Source: Mycobacteriales bacterium
GTDB taxonomy: Bacteria; Actinomycetota; Actinomycetes; Mycobacteriales; QHCD01
Reading direction: 5' to 3'
DNA length: 26,338 bases
Assembly: GCA_051000035.1 (NCBI GenBank)
Contig: JBPCOR010000100.1
Coordinates: 1-26,338 of the forward strand
Below the pieces are notes generated by a model. It saw only the letters and a program-made list of their open reading frames with translations. It was not told where the DNA came from and made no database searches. Within the stretch, counting starts at the first letter, position 1, and each line of letters opens with the position of its first letter. Made by a program: the position numbers and the translations under genes. Shown here piece after piece: positions 15,665 through 26,338 of this stretch.

Positions 15665-17470
15665 ATGACCACGACGGCAGCGCGACCGAGCGAAGCATCC
15701 AGCACCACGGCCAAGAGCGACCTCACCGAGATGGCGTGGGATCCCATCACGCGGATCGTGGGCAGTCTCGGCATCTACACAAAGATCGACTTCAAGAAGA
15801 AGGAAGTGGCGGAGTGCTACAGCACATCGTCGATCTTCCGTGGCTACAGCATCTTCATGAAGGGCAAGGACCCGCGCGACGCGCACTTCATCACCAGCCG
15901 TATCTGCGGCATCTGCGGTGACAACCACGCCACCTGCTCGGTCTATGCACAGAACATGGCCTACGGCGTACACCCGCCGGCGCTGGGCGAGTGGATCATC
16001 AACCTCGGCGAGGCCGCCGAATACATGTTCGACCACAACATCTACCAGGAGAATCTGGTCGGGGTCGACTTCTGCGAGAGGATGGTCGGCGAGACCAACC
16101 CGAGCGTGCTGCAGAAGGCCAACAACACGCAGGCCCCGCACGCCGCCGACCACGGCTACCGGACCATCGGCGACATCATGCGGGCGCTCAACCCCCTCGA
16201 AGGCGACTTCTACCGCGAGGCGCTGCAGGTCAGCCGCTACACGCGCGAGATGTTCTGCCTGATGGAAGGCCGGCACGTCCACCCCTCGACGCTGTATCCC
16301 GGCGGGGTCGGCACCACGGCGACGATCCAGCTCTTCACCGACTACCTCACCCGGCTGATGCGCTACATCGAGTTCATGAAGCGTGTGGTTCCGCTGCACG
16401 ACGACCTGTTCGACTTCTTCTACGACGCCATCCCGGGCTATGAGAACGTCGGCCTGCGGCGCACCCAGCTGATCTGCTGGGGCGCGCTGAACGACCCGGC
16501 GCACTGCGACTTCAAGTACGAGCACATGACCAACTGGGGTCGCAAGGCATTCGTCAGCCCGGGCGTCGTCGTCGATGGCAAGCTGGTCACCAACGACCTG
16601 GTCGAGATCAATCTCGGTATCCGCATCCTGCTCGGCAGCTCGTACTACAAGGGCTGGGAGAACGAGCCGATGTTCGTCAATCGCGACCCGCTCGGCAACC
16701 CGGTCGACCGCAACCACCCGTGGAACCAGACGACCCTCCCGGACCCGCAGAAGCGCAACTTCGACGACAAGTACAGCTGGGTGATGTCGCCGCGCTGGTT
16801 CGACGGCAAGGACTACCTTGCGGCCGACACCGGTGGCGGCCCGATCGCTCGGCTGTGGGCGACGGCGCTGGGCGGCCTGGTCGACATGGGCTATGTCAAG
16901 TCCACCGGGCACAGCGTCGAGATCAACCTGCCGAAGACGATGAACAAGCCCGAGGTCAACCTGGAGTGGAAGATCCCGAAGTGGAGCAACGCACTCGAGC
17001 GGGGCCGCGCCCGGACCTACTTCCAGGCCTACGCCGCGGCTGCTGCGCCGTACTTCTGTGAGCAGGCGCTCGCCGAGGTCCGTGCCGGGCACACCAAGAC
17101 GTGGAGCTCGTTCGAGGTGCCGGACGAGGCGGCGAGCTGTGGCTTCACCGAGGCCGTGCGCGGCGTGCTCAGCCACCACATGGTGATCAAGGGCGGCAAG
17201 ATCGCCAATTACCACCCCTACCCCCCGACGCCATGGAACGCGAGCGTCCGGGACGAGTACGGCACCCCCGGCCCGTATGAGGACGCCGTACAGAACACGC
17301 CGATCTTCGAGGAGAACCCACCGGACAAGTTCAAGGGCATTGACATCATGCGGACGGTTCGCAGCTTCGACCCGTGCCTGCCGTGCGGGGTGCACATGTA
17401 CCTCGGGACGGGCAAGACGCTGGAGACCATCCACAACCCCGCTTCGATGCCGACGACGCTGGCGGTCTGA
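15665..17470 (+). CDS. hhyL: Group 1h [NiFe]-hydrogenase large subunit
   Basis: L1 TSRICGICGDNH and L2 SFDPCLPCGVH as in group 1h; 24-residue extension after the L2 His. Confidence 0.97.
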   Translation: MTTTAARPSEASSTTAKSDLTEMAWDPITRIVGSLGIYTKIDFKKKEVAECYSTSSIFRGYSIFMKGKDPRDAHFITSRICGICGDNHATCSVYAQNMAYGVHPPALGEWIINLGEAAEYMFDHNIYQENLVGVDFCERMVGETNPSVLQKANNTQAPHAADHGYRTIGDIMRALNPLEGDFYREALQVSRYTREMFCLMEGRHVHPSTLYPGGVGTTATIQLFTDYLTRLMRYIEFMKRVVPLHDDLFDFFYDAIPGYENVGLRRTQLICWGALNDPAHCDFKYEHMTNWGRKAFVSPGVVVDGKLVTNDLVEINLGIRILLGSSYYKGWENEPMFVNRDPLGNPVDRNHPWNQTTLPDPQKRNFDDKYSWVMSPRWFDGKDYLAADTGGGPIARLWATALGGLVDMGYVKSTGHSVEINLPKTMNKPEVNLEWKIPKWSNALERGRARTYFQAYAAAAAPYFCEQALAEVRAGHTKTWSSFEVPDEAASCGFTEAVRGVLSHHMVIKGGKIANYHPYPPTPWNASVRDEYGTPGPYEDAVQNTPIFEENPPDKFKGIDIMRTVRSFDPCLPCGVHMYLGTGKTLETIHNPASMPTTLAV

Positions 17471-17472
17471 GC

Positions 17473-18360
17473 GTGGCCCCATCGGGCGGCGACATCGGCG
17501 AGCAGGTGGAGGCCCTGCTGGGGCGGTTGACCCAGCAGGGCGGGGAGATGGCTGGGACGACGGCGGACGAGCTGGTGCGCCTGCTCGTCGAGTTCTACGG
17601 TGCGGGGCTCGAGCGCATCGTCGACGTGATCGGTGCCGACCGTCCCGAGCTGCTGCACACTCTCGCCGACGACCCGCTCGTCGAGAGCCAGCTCATCCTG
17701 CACGGGCTGCACCCGCTCGGTCCCGACGAGCGGATCGAGCAGGCCCTGGACAAGGTGCGTCCCTACCTCGGCTCACACTCCGGCGGCGTGGCGTACCTCG
17801 GCATCGACGACGAGGGGGTCGCGCACCTGCGCCTGGACGGCAGCTGCAGCGGATGCCCGTCGTCGACGGTCACGGTCCGGCTCACTATCGAGGAAGCCGT
17901 CCTCGGCGCGGCGCCGGAGCTGACCGGGATCGACGTGGCCGGCCAGACCGAGGAAGCACCGAAACCGCTGTTGCAGATCGGCAAGCGACCCGGCGCCCCC
18001 GAACCCGCGCCGGCGGCGGCCGGGCCGGTGTGGTTGCACCCCTCGGCGATGGAGCTACCCGCCGATGGTCAGGCCAGGCGGGTGCACCTGGACGGGCGGC
18101 CGGTCTTGATGTGCCGGCTCGGTGAGACCTACTACGCCTACGCCGACAGCTGTCCGTCCTGTGGCGAGTCGCTCGTGAGCACCTCCCCTGACGCCGGCGC
18201 GCTGGACGGCGACCTGCTGAGCTGCTCGTCCTGCAGTACCCGCTATGACGTACGGCTGGCAGGGCGGGCGGCTGACCGGGCGGGCGGGCACCTCGACCCG
18301 CTGCCGCTGCTCGACGACGTGTCAGGTATCCGGGTGGCGCTGCTCGCCGAGGTGGTGTGA
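17473..18360 (+). CDS. hhyE: NifU-like Fe-S protein with a C-terminal Rieske-like four-Cys domain
   Basis: HGLHP..RIEQALDKVRPYLGSHSGGV...GSCSGCPSS (Nfu CxxC); CPSC...CSSC; start re-called at GTG 17473. Confidence 0.8.
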   Translation: MAPSGGDIGEQVEALLGRLTQQGGEMAGTTADELVRLLVEFYGAGLERIVDVIGADRPELLHTLADDPLVESQLILHGLHPLGPDERIEQALDKVRPYLGSHSGGVAYLGIDDEGVAHLRLDGSCSGCPSSTVTVRLTIEEAVLGAAPELTGIDVAGQTEEAPKPLLQIGKRPGAPEPAPAAAGPVWLHPSAMELPADGQARRVHLDGRPVLMCRLGETYYAYADSCPSCGESLVSTSPDAGALDGDLLSCSSCSTRYDVRLAGRAADRAGGHLDPLPLLDDVSGIRVALLAEVV

Positions 18361-19028
18361 TGGCCGGCGCGGCCGGCCTGCGGCGGTTCGTATCCGCACC
18401 CGAACCGGAGCTGCCGTTCGCGCTGCGCCAACCCAAGCCGCGCGGTGAGGGCTGCGAGATGTGCGGAGCCGACATCACCGACGAGCACTCCCACGTCGTG
18501 AATGTCGACTCCCGCAGCCTGCTGTGCGCCTGCCGGCCCTGCTACCTGCTGTTCACCCAGGAGGGCGCCGGCCGCGGCAACTACCGGGCGGTGCCCGACC
18601 GCTATCTCACCGACCCGGACTCAGACATCAGCGAGGGCCAGTGGGAGTCGCTGCAGGTCCCCGTCGCGATGGCCTACTTCTTCTACAACTCCGCGCAGGA
18701 CCGCATCATCGCGCAGTACCCGAGCCCGGCCGGCGCCACCGAGTCGCTGCTCGACCTGTCCGCCTGGGAAACGATCGCCGCGGAGAACCCGCTCGCCGCG
18801 GCACTGACACCCGACGTCGAAGCCCTCATCGTCCGGCGCTCGCAGCAGGGCAACGAGACCTATCTGGTCCCCATCGACACCTGCTACGAGCTGGTCGGGC
18901 GGGTGCGGATGCACTGGACCGGATTCGACGGCGGTTCGGAGGCCCGGCAGGACATCGACGAGTTCTTCGACGCCGTTCGCGACCGCAGCCGCCCGCTCGA
19001 GCACCGCGGCGGACCCGGCGATGGCTGA
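18357..19028 (+). CDS. Hydrogenase-associated Cys/His-rich protein (DUF5947/HhaA-like)
   Basis: CEMCG..HSHVV..LLCACRPCYLLF; YPSPAGATES; typical position after hhyE. The start could be ATG 18360. Confidence 0.8.
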   Translation: MMAGAAGLRRFVSAPEPELPFALRQPKPRGEGCEMCGADITDEHSHVVNVDSRSLLCACRPCYLLFTQEGAGRGNYRAVPDRYLTDPDSDISEGQWESLQVPVAMAYFFYNSAQDRIIAQYPSPAGATESLLDLSAWETIAAENPLAAALTPDVEALIVRRSQQGNETYLVPIDTCYELVGRVRMHWTGFDGGSEARQDIDEFFDAVRDRSRPLEHRGGPGDG

Positions 19029-19671
19029 GCTGGTCTTCGACTGCGTCGACGCACGGTCCGATCGCTACGCCGCCGGCCCGACGCTCAATTTCCGCCTGCG
19101 CATCGCCGAGACGAGCGGCGATCGGATCCATGCGATCGCGTTGCGCTGCCAGCTGCGGATCGAGCCCCAGAAGCGCCGTTATTCGTCCTCGGAGGCCGAT
19201 CACCTCGGCGACCTCTTCGGTGACCAGTCACGCTGGGCGACGACGCTGAAACCGCTGCAGTTCGCGTACGTGTCGGTCATGGTCCCAAGCTTCACGGGCA
19301 GTACGGAGATTGACCTACCCGTGCCGTGCACGTACGACCTGGAGATCGCGTCCACCAGCTATTTCCACGCGCTGTCCGATGGCGAGATCCCGCTGCTACT
19401 GCTGTTCAGCGGCACGATGTTCACCAAGGGCGAGACCGGTTTCACGGTCGGGCAGGTGCCGTGGCACAAGGAGACGAACTACCGGCTGCCGGTCGCCGAA
19501 TGGCGCGCGATGATGGACGGATTCTTCCCCAACAGCGGCTGGCTGCGCCTGCACCGGGAGACACTCGAGGCGCTGGGGGCCTTCAAGAACGCGCGCGCCC
19601 TGCCGACCTTCGAGCAGACGATCACCGCACTTCTAGACGAGGCGGCCGCGTCGACGGACCACCCGGCATGA
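19021..19671 (+). CDS. Hydrogenase-associated protein (DUF6084/HhaB-like)
   Basis: YAAGPTLNFRL, IALRCQLRIEPQKRRY, PCTYDLEIA, LLFSGTMF, VPWHKE. Confidence 0.8.
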   Translation: MAELVFDCVDARSDRYAAGPTLNFRLRIAETSGDRIHAIALRCQLRIEPQKRRYSSSEADHLGDLFGDQSRWATTLKPLQFAYVSVMVPSFTGSTEIDLPVPCTYDLEIASTSYFHALSDGEIPLLLLFSGTMFTKGETGFTVGQVPWHKETNYRLPVAEWRAMMDGFFPNSGWLRLHRETLEALGAFKNARALPTFEQTITALLDEAAASTDHPA

Positions 19672-21149
19672 ACGAGGAGGCGCCGGGAAGCCCGACGGGA
19701 CCGGCCGGCGCCGTGGGCGCCGCGAGCCCGTTCGATGCCGCCCGCTCCGTGGCCGACGCCGTGCTCTACGAGGGCTACGTGCTGTATCCGTACCGTGCGT
19801 CGTCGCGGAAGAACCAGTCCCGTTGGCAGTTCGGCGTACTGATGCCGCCGTCCTACGTCGAGGCGGACGCATCCGAGCGGTCCGCGTGCCAGACCGAGAT
19901 CGTGTTCGAGCCCAGGGCGGGGTCGGTGCTGCGGGTGCAGTTACGCTTCCTGCATGTCGCACACCGCACGGGCGGCGACCTGCCGGAGTGGGATGAGACG
20001 GTGGAGCGCGAGCTGGAATTCACGGTTCCGGTCGGGCCACTTCGAGACGCTATGCACGTGCATTCGTTCTCATTCCAGGGCACGACCACGGTGGACGGCA
20101 AGGGTGTGCGGCGCCAGACCCGCGACGTCGATGGTGTCATCACCGTTGCCGTGACCGAGGTGCCCGGGCCGTTCGGCGCGCTGCGGCTGACGAGCCGGGT
20201 GGAGAACCGTACCGCCGTCGAGCCGGCCGGCCCCGCCGGCCCCGCCGGGCCGGCAGCTGCGGCAGAGCCGGCGGCGGCGGCAGAGCCGGGACAGCGCGAA
20301 CAGCCAGCCGATCGCGACACCGCCCTGCGCCACGCCCTCGTCGCCGCCCACAGCATGTACGCCCTGGATGCGGGCAGCTTCCTGTCGATGACCGACCCGC
20401 CGGAGTGGGCGAGACCCGCCGTCGAGGCGTGCGACAATGTCGGCACCTGGCCGGTACTGGCCGGATCCGATTCCGTCGTGCTCTGCTCGCCGATCATCCT
20501 GGGCGATCACCCCGAGATCGCGCCGGAGAGCCCAGGCGACCTCTACGACGCGACCGAGATCGACGAGATCCTGACGCTGCGCACGATGGCACTGACCGAC
20601 GCCGAGAAGATCGAGGCGCGAGCGACCGACCCGCGCTCGGCAGCCGTCATCGACCACGTCGACGCGCTGCCGCAGGAGCACCTGGACCGGCTGCACGGGG
20701 CGCTGCGCTACCTGCGCCAGGTCACCGGCGACGAGGGACCGCAGACCATCAAGACGCCCACGGCTGGCTCTCCCGCCGGGCTCACGATGCCAGGCGGCGA
20801 GCCGGCCGCCGTGATGACGCCAGGCACACCGTGGTGGGATCCCGGCGCCGACGGCTCGGTGTCGCCGGACTCCGACGCGATCGTCATCGACGGCGTGCGC
20901 GTCTCGCGCGGCAGCCGGGTGCGGCTGCGCCCGGGCGCCCGGCGTACCGACGCCCAGGACCTGTTCCTCAGCGGGCGCACCGCCACCGTCGAGGCGGTCT
21001 TCTTCGACGTCGACGGCGAGCAACATCTGGGCGTGACACCCGACGACGACGCAGAGCTGGCCGAGATCCAGCGGTGGCACGGGCGCTTCCTCTATTTCGC
21101 GCCGTACGAGGTCGAACCGATCCCCGAGCAGAGGCCGGCGCGCCCGTGA
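19668..21149 (+). CDS. Hydrogenase-associated protein (HhaC-like)
   Basis: ADAVLYEGYVLYPYRASSRKNQSRWQFG, SPIILGDHPEIAPES.GDLYDATEIDEILTLR, RFLYFAPYEVEP; start re-called at ATG 19668 (ATGA overlap). Confidence 0.8.
   Translation: MNEEAPGSPTGPAGAVGAASPFDAARSVADAVLYEGYVLYPYRASSRKNQSRWQFGVLMPPSYVEADASERSACQTEIVFEPRAGSVLRVQLRFLHVAHRTGGDLPEWDETVERELEFTVPVGPLRDAMHVHSFSFQGTTTVDGKGVRRQTRDVDGVITVAVTEVPGPFGALRLTSRVENRTAVEPAGPAGPAGPAAAAEPAAAAEPGQREQPADRDTALRHALVAAHSMYALDAGSFLSMTDPPEWARPAVEACDNVGTWPVLAGSDSVVLCSPIILGDHPEIAPESPGDLYDATEIDEILTLRTMALTDAEKIEARATDPRSAAVIDHVDALPQEHLDRLHGALRYLRQVTGDEGPQTIKTPTAGSPAGLTMPGGEPAAVMTPGTPWWDPGADGSVSPDSDAIVIDGVRVSRGSRVRLRPGARRTDAQDLFLSGRTATVEAVFFDVDGEQHLGVTPDDDAELAEIQRWHGRFLYFAPYEVEPIPEQRPARP
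20226..20285 (+). repeat. In-frame low-complexity repeats (about 3x9 bp and 2x18 bp) encoding a Pro/Ala/Gly linker
   Basis: GCCGGCCCC at 20226 and 20235, variant at 20244; CCGGCAGCTGCGGCAGAG 20250 and CCGGCGGCGGCGGCAGAG 20268. Confidence 0.75.
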
Positions 21150-21655
21150 GGAAGGTGCTGGTGGCGGGTGTCGGCAACATCTTCCTCGGCGACGACGCGT
21201 TCGGTGTCGAGGTTGCCGCTCGAATGGCGGGCACCCCCCTGCCGGAGGGTGTCGAGCTGGTCGACTTCGGCATCCGCGGCGTGCACCTGGCCTATCAGCT
21301 GCTCGACGGCTACGACGTGCTGGTGCTCATCGATGCCGCGCCCCGCGGGCAGCCGCCGGGCACCGTCTCGTTGCTCGAGGTCGACCAGAGCGAGATCGAG
21401 GACGCGGCCGCTGCGATCCAAGGCGGCGAGTCCCCCCTGGTCGACGCCCACGGCCTGGAACCGGGCGCGATCCTGAAGATGCTCGGGTCGCTCGGCGGGC
21501 GGGTGTCCAGGGTGCTGGTCGTTGCGTGCGAGCCCGAATCCGTGGCGGAGGGGCTCGGCCTCAGCGACCCGGTCACGGCCGCGATACCGCGGGCGATCGC
21601 ATTGGTGGAGAAGGTCATGCACACCGAGTATCCGACGAAGGAGGTGTCGAAATGA
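21146..21655 (+). CDS. Hydrogenase maturation endopeptidase (HybD/HupD family)
   Basis: VAGVGNIFLGDDAFGVEV, LIDAA, DAHG; GTG 21146 overlapping the upstream stop. Confidence 0.93.
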   Translation: MRKVLVAGVGNIFLGDDAFGVEVAARMAGTPLPEGVELVDFGIRGVHLAYQLLDGYDVLVLIDAAPRGQPPGTVSLLEVDQSEIEDAAAAIQGGESPLVDAHGLEPGAILKMLGSLGGRVSRVLVVACEPESVAEGLGLSDPVTAAIPRAIALVEKVMHTEYPTKEVSK

Positions 21656-21756
21656 TCGTGCGGATCCTGGCGGTTGCGCTCTTGGCCGCCGCCGCCGTGG
21701 CCGCGTCGGTGTCCTACCCGGACGCCAAGCGGTACGCAGAGATACGGAGCATGTGA
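21652..21756 (+). CDS. 34-aa single-helix hydrophobic protein
   Basis: MIVRILAVALLAAAAVAASVSYPDAKRYAEIRSM; AAGGAGG RBS 21638-21644; ATGA overlap with the protease gene; resembles from memory a small-protein family ending PDxxRYxxIRxM. Confidence 0.75.
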   Translation: MIVRILAVALLAAAAVAASVSYPDAKRYAEIRSM

Positions 21757-21834
21757 GGCCCTGTCAGCCCGGCCGGATTGCGCGTAGCGTGCGTGGGATC
21801 GAGCGTGCGCGTATGAGGCTGGGGGTCGCGGCAG

Positions 21835-24261
21835 GTGGGCGTCGAACCGACGGTGGTGGGCCAGCGGCGGGGCGCTGAGTCACGGGCCCGGCAGCGGATC
21901 GCCGTCCGTGGTGTCGTGCAGGGTGTCGGATTCCGCCCGTTCGTCTATGCCCTCGCTCGCGAGCTCGCGCTGAGTGGCCTGGTCGGCAACACCGACGACG
22001 GCGTGCTGATCGAGGTGGAGGGCCGGCCCGGCGCGCTCGGGCAGTTCGCGGCTCGGCTGGCCGGCGAGGCGCCACCGCTCGCGCAGGTCGACGACGTCAC
22101 GGTCGAGACCGTCGCCTGCCGAGGGGGCACCGACTTCGTCATCCAGGACTCGCGCGGCGGGCCGGGACGGACGCTCGTCTCGCCGGATGTCGCGACCTGC
22201 GCCGCGTGTCTCGCCGAGATGGCCGACTCGGCCGACCGCCGCTATCGCCACCCGTTCATCAGCTGTACGAACTGCGGGCCGCGCTTCACGATCATCGTCG
22301 ACCTGCCGTATGACCGGCCAGCCACGACGATGGCCGGGCTCCCCCTGTGCGCCGACTGCGCCACCGAATACGCCGATCCCGCCGACCGCCGGTTTCACGC
22401 CCAGACCGTCGCCTGCCCGGCGTGCGGGCCGACGGTGACCCTGCGGTGCCCGGGAGCGCCTGATCTCGCCGGCGACGCCGCCGTCACCGAGGCGCGCCGG
22501 CTGATCTGCTCGGGCGGTGTCCTCGCCGTGAAGGGCCTCGGCGGCTACCACCTCGCCTGCGACGCGACCGACGAGGCGGCCGTCGGCGCCCTGCGCCAAC
22601 GCAAGGACCGCGGCGACAAGCCGTTCGCCGTCATGGTTGCCGACCTCGCGACCGCAGCGCTTGTCGCCGCCATCTCGCCGGCCGAGCGCGACCTGCTCGC
22701 CGACCCGCGGCGCCCGGTCGTCCTGCTGGCCAAGCGGTCCGGCTCGTCCGTGCCGCTCGCCGGGTCGGTGGCGCCGGACAGCCCCGATATCGGCGTGCTG
22801 CTCGCCTATACCCCGCTGCACCACCTGCTCTTCGGGTTGCCCGGCGACCCACCCGGGCCGCGGGCCCTGGTCATGACCAGCGGCAACGTCGCGGGCGAGC
22901 CGATCGTCACCGACGACGCGCAGGCGCAGGCGCGGCTTGGGTGCCTCGCCGACGCGTGGCTCGCGCACGACCGACCGATCCAGGTGCCGTGCGACGATTC
23001 GGTGATCCGGGTCGCCGCCGGTGCGCAGTTGCCGGTTCGCCGCTCCCGCGGTTACGCGCCCCTCCCCGTCGCGCTGCCGGTGCAGGTGCGGTCCGCCCTG
23101 GCCGTCGGCGGTGACCTCAAGAACACGTTCAGCCTTGCCGAGGGTGGCTACGCGTGGATGTCGGCACACGTCGGCGACATGGACGACCTGCAGACGCGGC
23201 GCGCCTTCGAGGCGGCCACGGCGCAGCTCCAGTCGATCACCGGCGTGCGTCCCGAGGTGCTCGTGGCCGACCGGCACCCGGCGTACCGGAGCGCGGCGTG
23301 GGCGAGGCGCAATCCCGGCGGGCTGCCGGTGCGAACGGTGCAGCACCACCACGCCCACATTGCTTCGGCGATGGCCGAGAACGGCCACGACGGTGCGGCG
23401 CGGGTGATCGGGTTCGCCTTCGACGGCACCGGCTACGGCGACGACGGCGCGGTCTGGGGCGGCGAGGTCCTGCTCGCCGACTACGACGGCTACGAGCGGG
23501 CGGCCCAGCTGCGTTACGTCTCGCTGCCCGGCGGCGACGCCGGGGTGCGCAACCCGTGCCGGATGGCGCTCTCGCACCTGCACGGCGCCGGTGTGCCGTG
23601 GGATCCCGCGCTTCCGTGCGTCGCGGCGTGTACTCCGGCCGAACGCTCGGTGCTCGCCCGGCAGCTGCAGACCGGCCTGCGCTGCACCCCGACGTCGAGC
23701 ATGGGACGGCTCTTCGACGCGGTGTCATCCCTCGCCGGCGTGTGCCATCGCGTCGCCTACGAAGCCGAGGCGGCGATGCGCTTCGAGGGGCTGGCACGTA
23801 CCGCGATCGAGGGCTGCGACCGGCCCTACGCCTTCGGGTTGAGCACCGACGCGGGCGGCTGGCCGCTGACGGCCGACCCGGGACCGGTGATCGCCGCCGC
23901 CGCCCGCGACGTGCTCGCCGGGGTGCCGGCCGAGATCGTCGCCGCCCGCTTCCACCTCGGCGTCGTCGCACTGGTGGGCGACCTGGCCCGATCGCTGCGG
24001 GCCCGCACCGGCCTGGACACGGTCGCCCTGTCCGGCGGCGTGTTCCTCAACGTCCTGCTCACGACGCTCGCCGCCGACCGGCTGCGCGACGACGGCTTCG
24101 CCGTGTTGCGCCATCGGGTCGTACCGCCGAGTGACGCCGGCCTCGCTCTCGGGCAGATCGTCGTCGCCGCCCGGCGGCAGCCAGCAGGCTCGCCCACCGA
24201 CAGCACCCCCGAGGACAGCGCGAATCCGTCGACCGACAGAAGGAGAACGCCATGTGCCTAG
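21835..24261 (+). CDS. hypF: Carbamoyltransferase
   Basis: GVVQGVGFRPFVY, zinc fingers CAAC/CTNCGPR/CADC/CPACGP, KGLGGYHL, HHHAH, DGTGYG, SSMGRLFDA. Confidence 0.97.
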   Translation: MGVEPTVVGQRRGAESRARQRIAVRGVVQGVGFRPFVYALARELALSGLVGNTDDGVLIEVEGRPGALGQFAARLAGEAPPLAQVDDVTVETVACRGGTDFVIQDSRGGPGRTLVSPDVATCAACLAEMADSADRRYRHPFISCTNCGPRFTIIVDLPYDRPATTMAGLPLCADCATEYADPADRRFHAQTVACPACGPTVTLRCPGAPDLAGDAAVTEARRLICSGGVLAVKGLGGYHLACDATDEAAVGALRQRKDRGDKPFAVMVADLATAALVAAISPAERDLLADPRRPVVLLAKRSGSSVPLAGSVAPDSPDIGVLLAYTPLHHLLFGLPGDPPGPRALVMTSGNVAGEPIVTDDAQAQARLGCLADAWLAHDRPIQVPCDDSVIRVAAGAQLPVRRSRGYAPLPVALPVQVRSALAVGGDLKNTFSLAEGGYAWMSAHVGDMDDLQTRRAFEAATAQLQSITGVRPEVLVADRHPAYRSAAWARRNPGGLPVRTVQHHHAHIASAMAENGHDGAARVIGFAFDGTGYGDDGAVWGGEVLLADYDGYERAAQLRYVSLPGGDAGVRNPCRMALSHLHGAGVPWDPALPCVAACTPAERSVLARQLQTGLRCTPTSSMGRLFDAVSSLAGVCHRVAYEAEAAMRFEGLARTAIEGCDRPYAFGLSTDAGGWPLTADPGPVIAAAARDVLAGVPAEIVAARFHLGVVALVGDLARSLRARTGLDTVALSGGVFLNVLLTTLAADRLRDDGFAVLRHRVVPPSDAGLALGQIVVAARRQPAGSPTDSTPEDSANPSTDRRRTPCA

Positions 24262-24538
24262 CGGTACCCGGCAAGGTCCTGAGCATCTGGGACAAGGACG
24301 CGACCCGGATGGCGAGCGTCGACTTCGGCGGGATGGTCAAGGAGGTCTGCCTGGAATTCGTCCCTGACATCGAGGTCGGCGAATACACCATCGTGCACGT
24401 GGGCTTCGCGCTCCAACGCCTGGACGAGAAGTCCGCGCTGGAGACGCTCGAACTGTTCAAGACATTGGGCGAGCTGGATATGGAATTCGGCGACGCGTGG
24501 GAGCGCGCCGCCGCCGAGTCAGGACAGGAGGCCACCTC

Positions 24539-24542
<4 letters not shown>
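24252..24542 (+). CDS. hypC: Hydrogenase chaperone
   Basis: MCLAVPG, IVHVGFA. Confidence 0.96.
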
Positions 24543-25661
<1,119 letters not shown>

Positions 25662-25669
<8 letters not shown>

Positions 25670-26338
25670 CACGATGCAGCCGGCCGCACCGGATTTCGAC
25701 AGCTGGACCTGCCCGGTCCCGCTGAGGGACAGCCCGACGGTGCTGATGGGGCACGGCGGCGGCGGTCAGCTGTCCGCCGAACTCATCGACCACCTGTTCG
25801 TGCCCGCGTTCGGGAATCAGCCCGGCGCGGGCAACGGCGACTCGGCGGTCTTCGAGCTCGGTGGCGTCCGGATCGCCTTCTCCACCGACACATTCGTCGT
25901 CCAGCCGCTGTTCTTCCCCGGCGGCTCGATCGGTGACCTGGCGGTCAATGGCACGGTCAACGACCTCGCGATGAGCGGCGCCGTGCCGAGCCACCTGTCG
26001 TGCGGCTTCGTGTTGGAGGAGGGCACGGACCTGTCGGTGATCGGCCGGATCGCCGCCGACATGGGCGCTGCGGCCACCGCCGCGGAGGTGGCCATCGTAA
26101 CCGGGGATACGAAGGTCGTCGACGCCGGGCACGGTGATCAGGTCTACGTGAATACCGCCGGCGTGGGTCTGGTCCCCGCCGGCGTGGACATCCGCCCACC
26201 CCGCGCCGAGACCGGCGATGTCGTGATCGTCAGCGGTCCGATCGGGGTCCACGGCATCGCCATCATGAGCGTGCGCGAGGGCCTGCAGTTCGGCTCCGAG
26301 ATCGTCACCGACAGCGCGGCGCTGCACCCGCTGGTCGC
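25662..26338 (+). CDS. hypE: Carbamoyl dehydratase (3'-partial; absent from the supplied ORF track)
   Basis: Manual translation from GTG 25662: ...[21 protein letters not shown]...[34 protein letters not shown]...TGDTKVV; runs off the window. Confidence 0.95.

Noticed and set aside
15734-15766. HhyL TRIVG with Val where many hydrogenases have Glu
   Set aside because: As I recall it, this is the normal group 1h sequence (WDPITRIVGSLG), not a lesion.
15665-17470. Selenocysteine recoding
   Set aside because: No in-frame TGA; all four active-site ligands are Cys.

Overview
High-GC actinobacterial DNA in three blocks. (1) 1-5254: an alpha-glucoside (trehalose/maltose-type) utilisation cluster: small membrane protein, GH15 hydrolase, beta-phosphoglucomutase-like HAD, GH65 phosphorylase. 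(2) ~5255-12270: a decayed accessory block containing a 3'-truncated MBL hydrolase, a frameshifted putative antitoxin relic, a MarR/DoxX pair, DUF2867, a decapitated VOC gene, two IS3-family remnants, a GNAT, a frameshifted HTH-WYL regulator, a PCD-VOC fusion and an ABM-like protein. (3) 12278-end: a group 1h (high-affinity, actinobacterial) [NiFe]-hydrogenase locus, with hhySL-hhyE-three accessory genes-protease-small protein-hypFCDE on the + strand and a divergent unit (MIase-like gene, 8x18-bp array, XRE regulator, hypA, hypB). Most notable: (a) two genes flanking the WYL regulator share an identical PafBC-like promoter architecture, GGA(C/A)G-N5-CGTCCG-N10-TACCGT, suggesting a local WYL regulon; (b) the hydrogenase small subunit has lost two medial-cluster cysteines (CIGC to RIGY); (c) an XRE regulator overlapping hypA lies behind an 18-bp tandem array. 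Family assignments come from motif recognition only; no database search was run.
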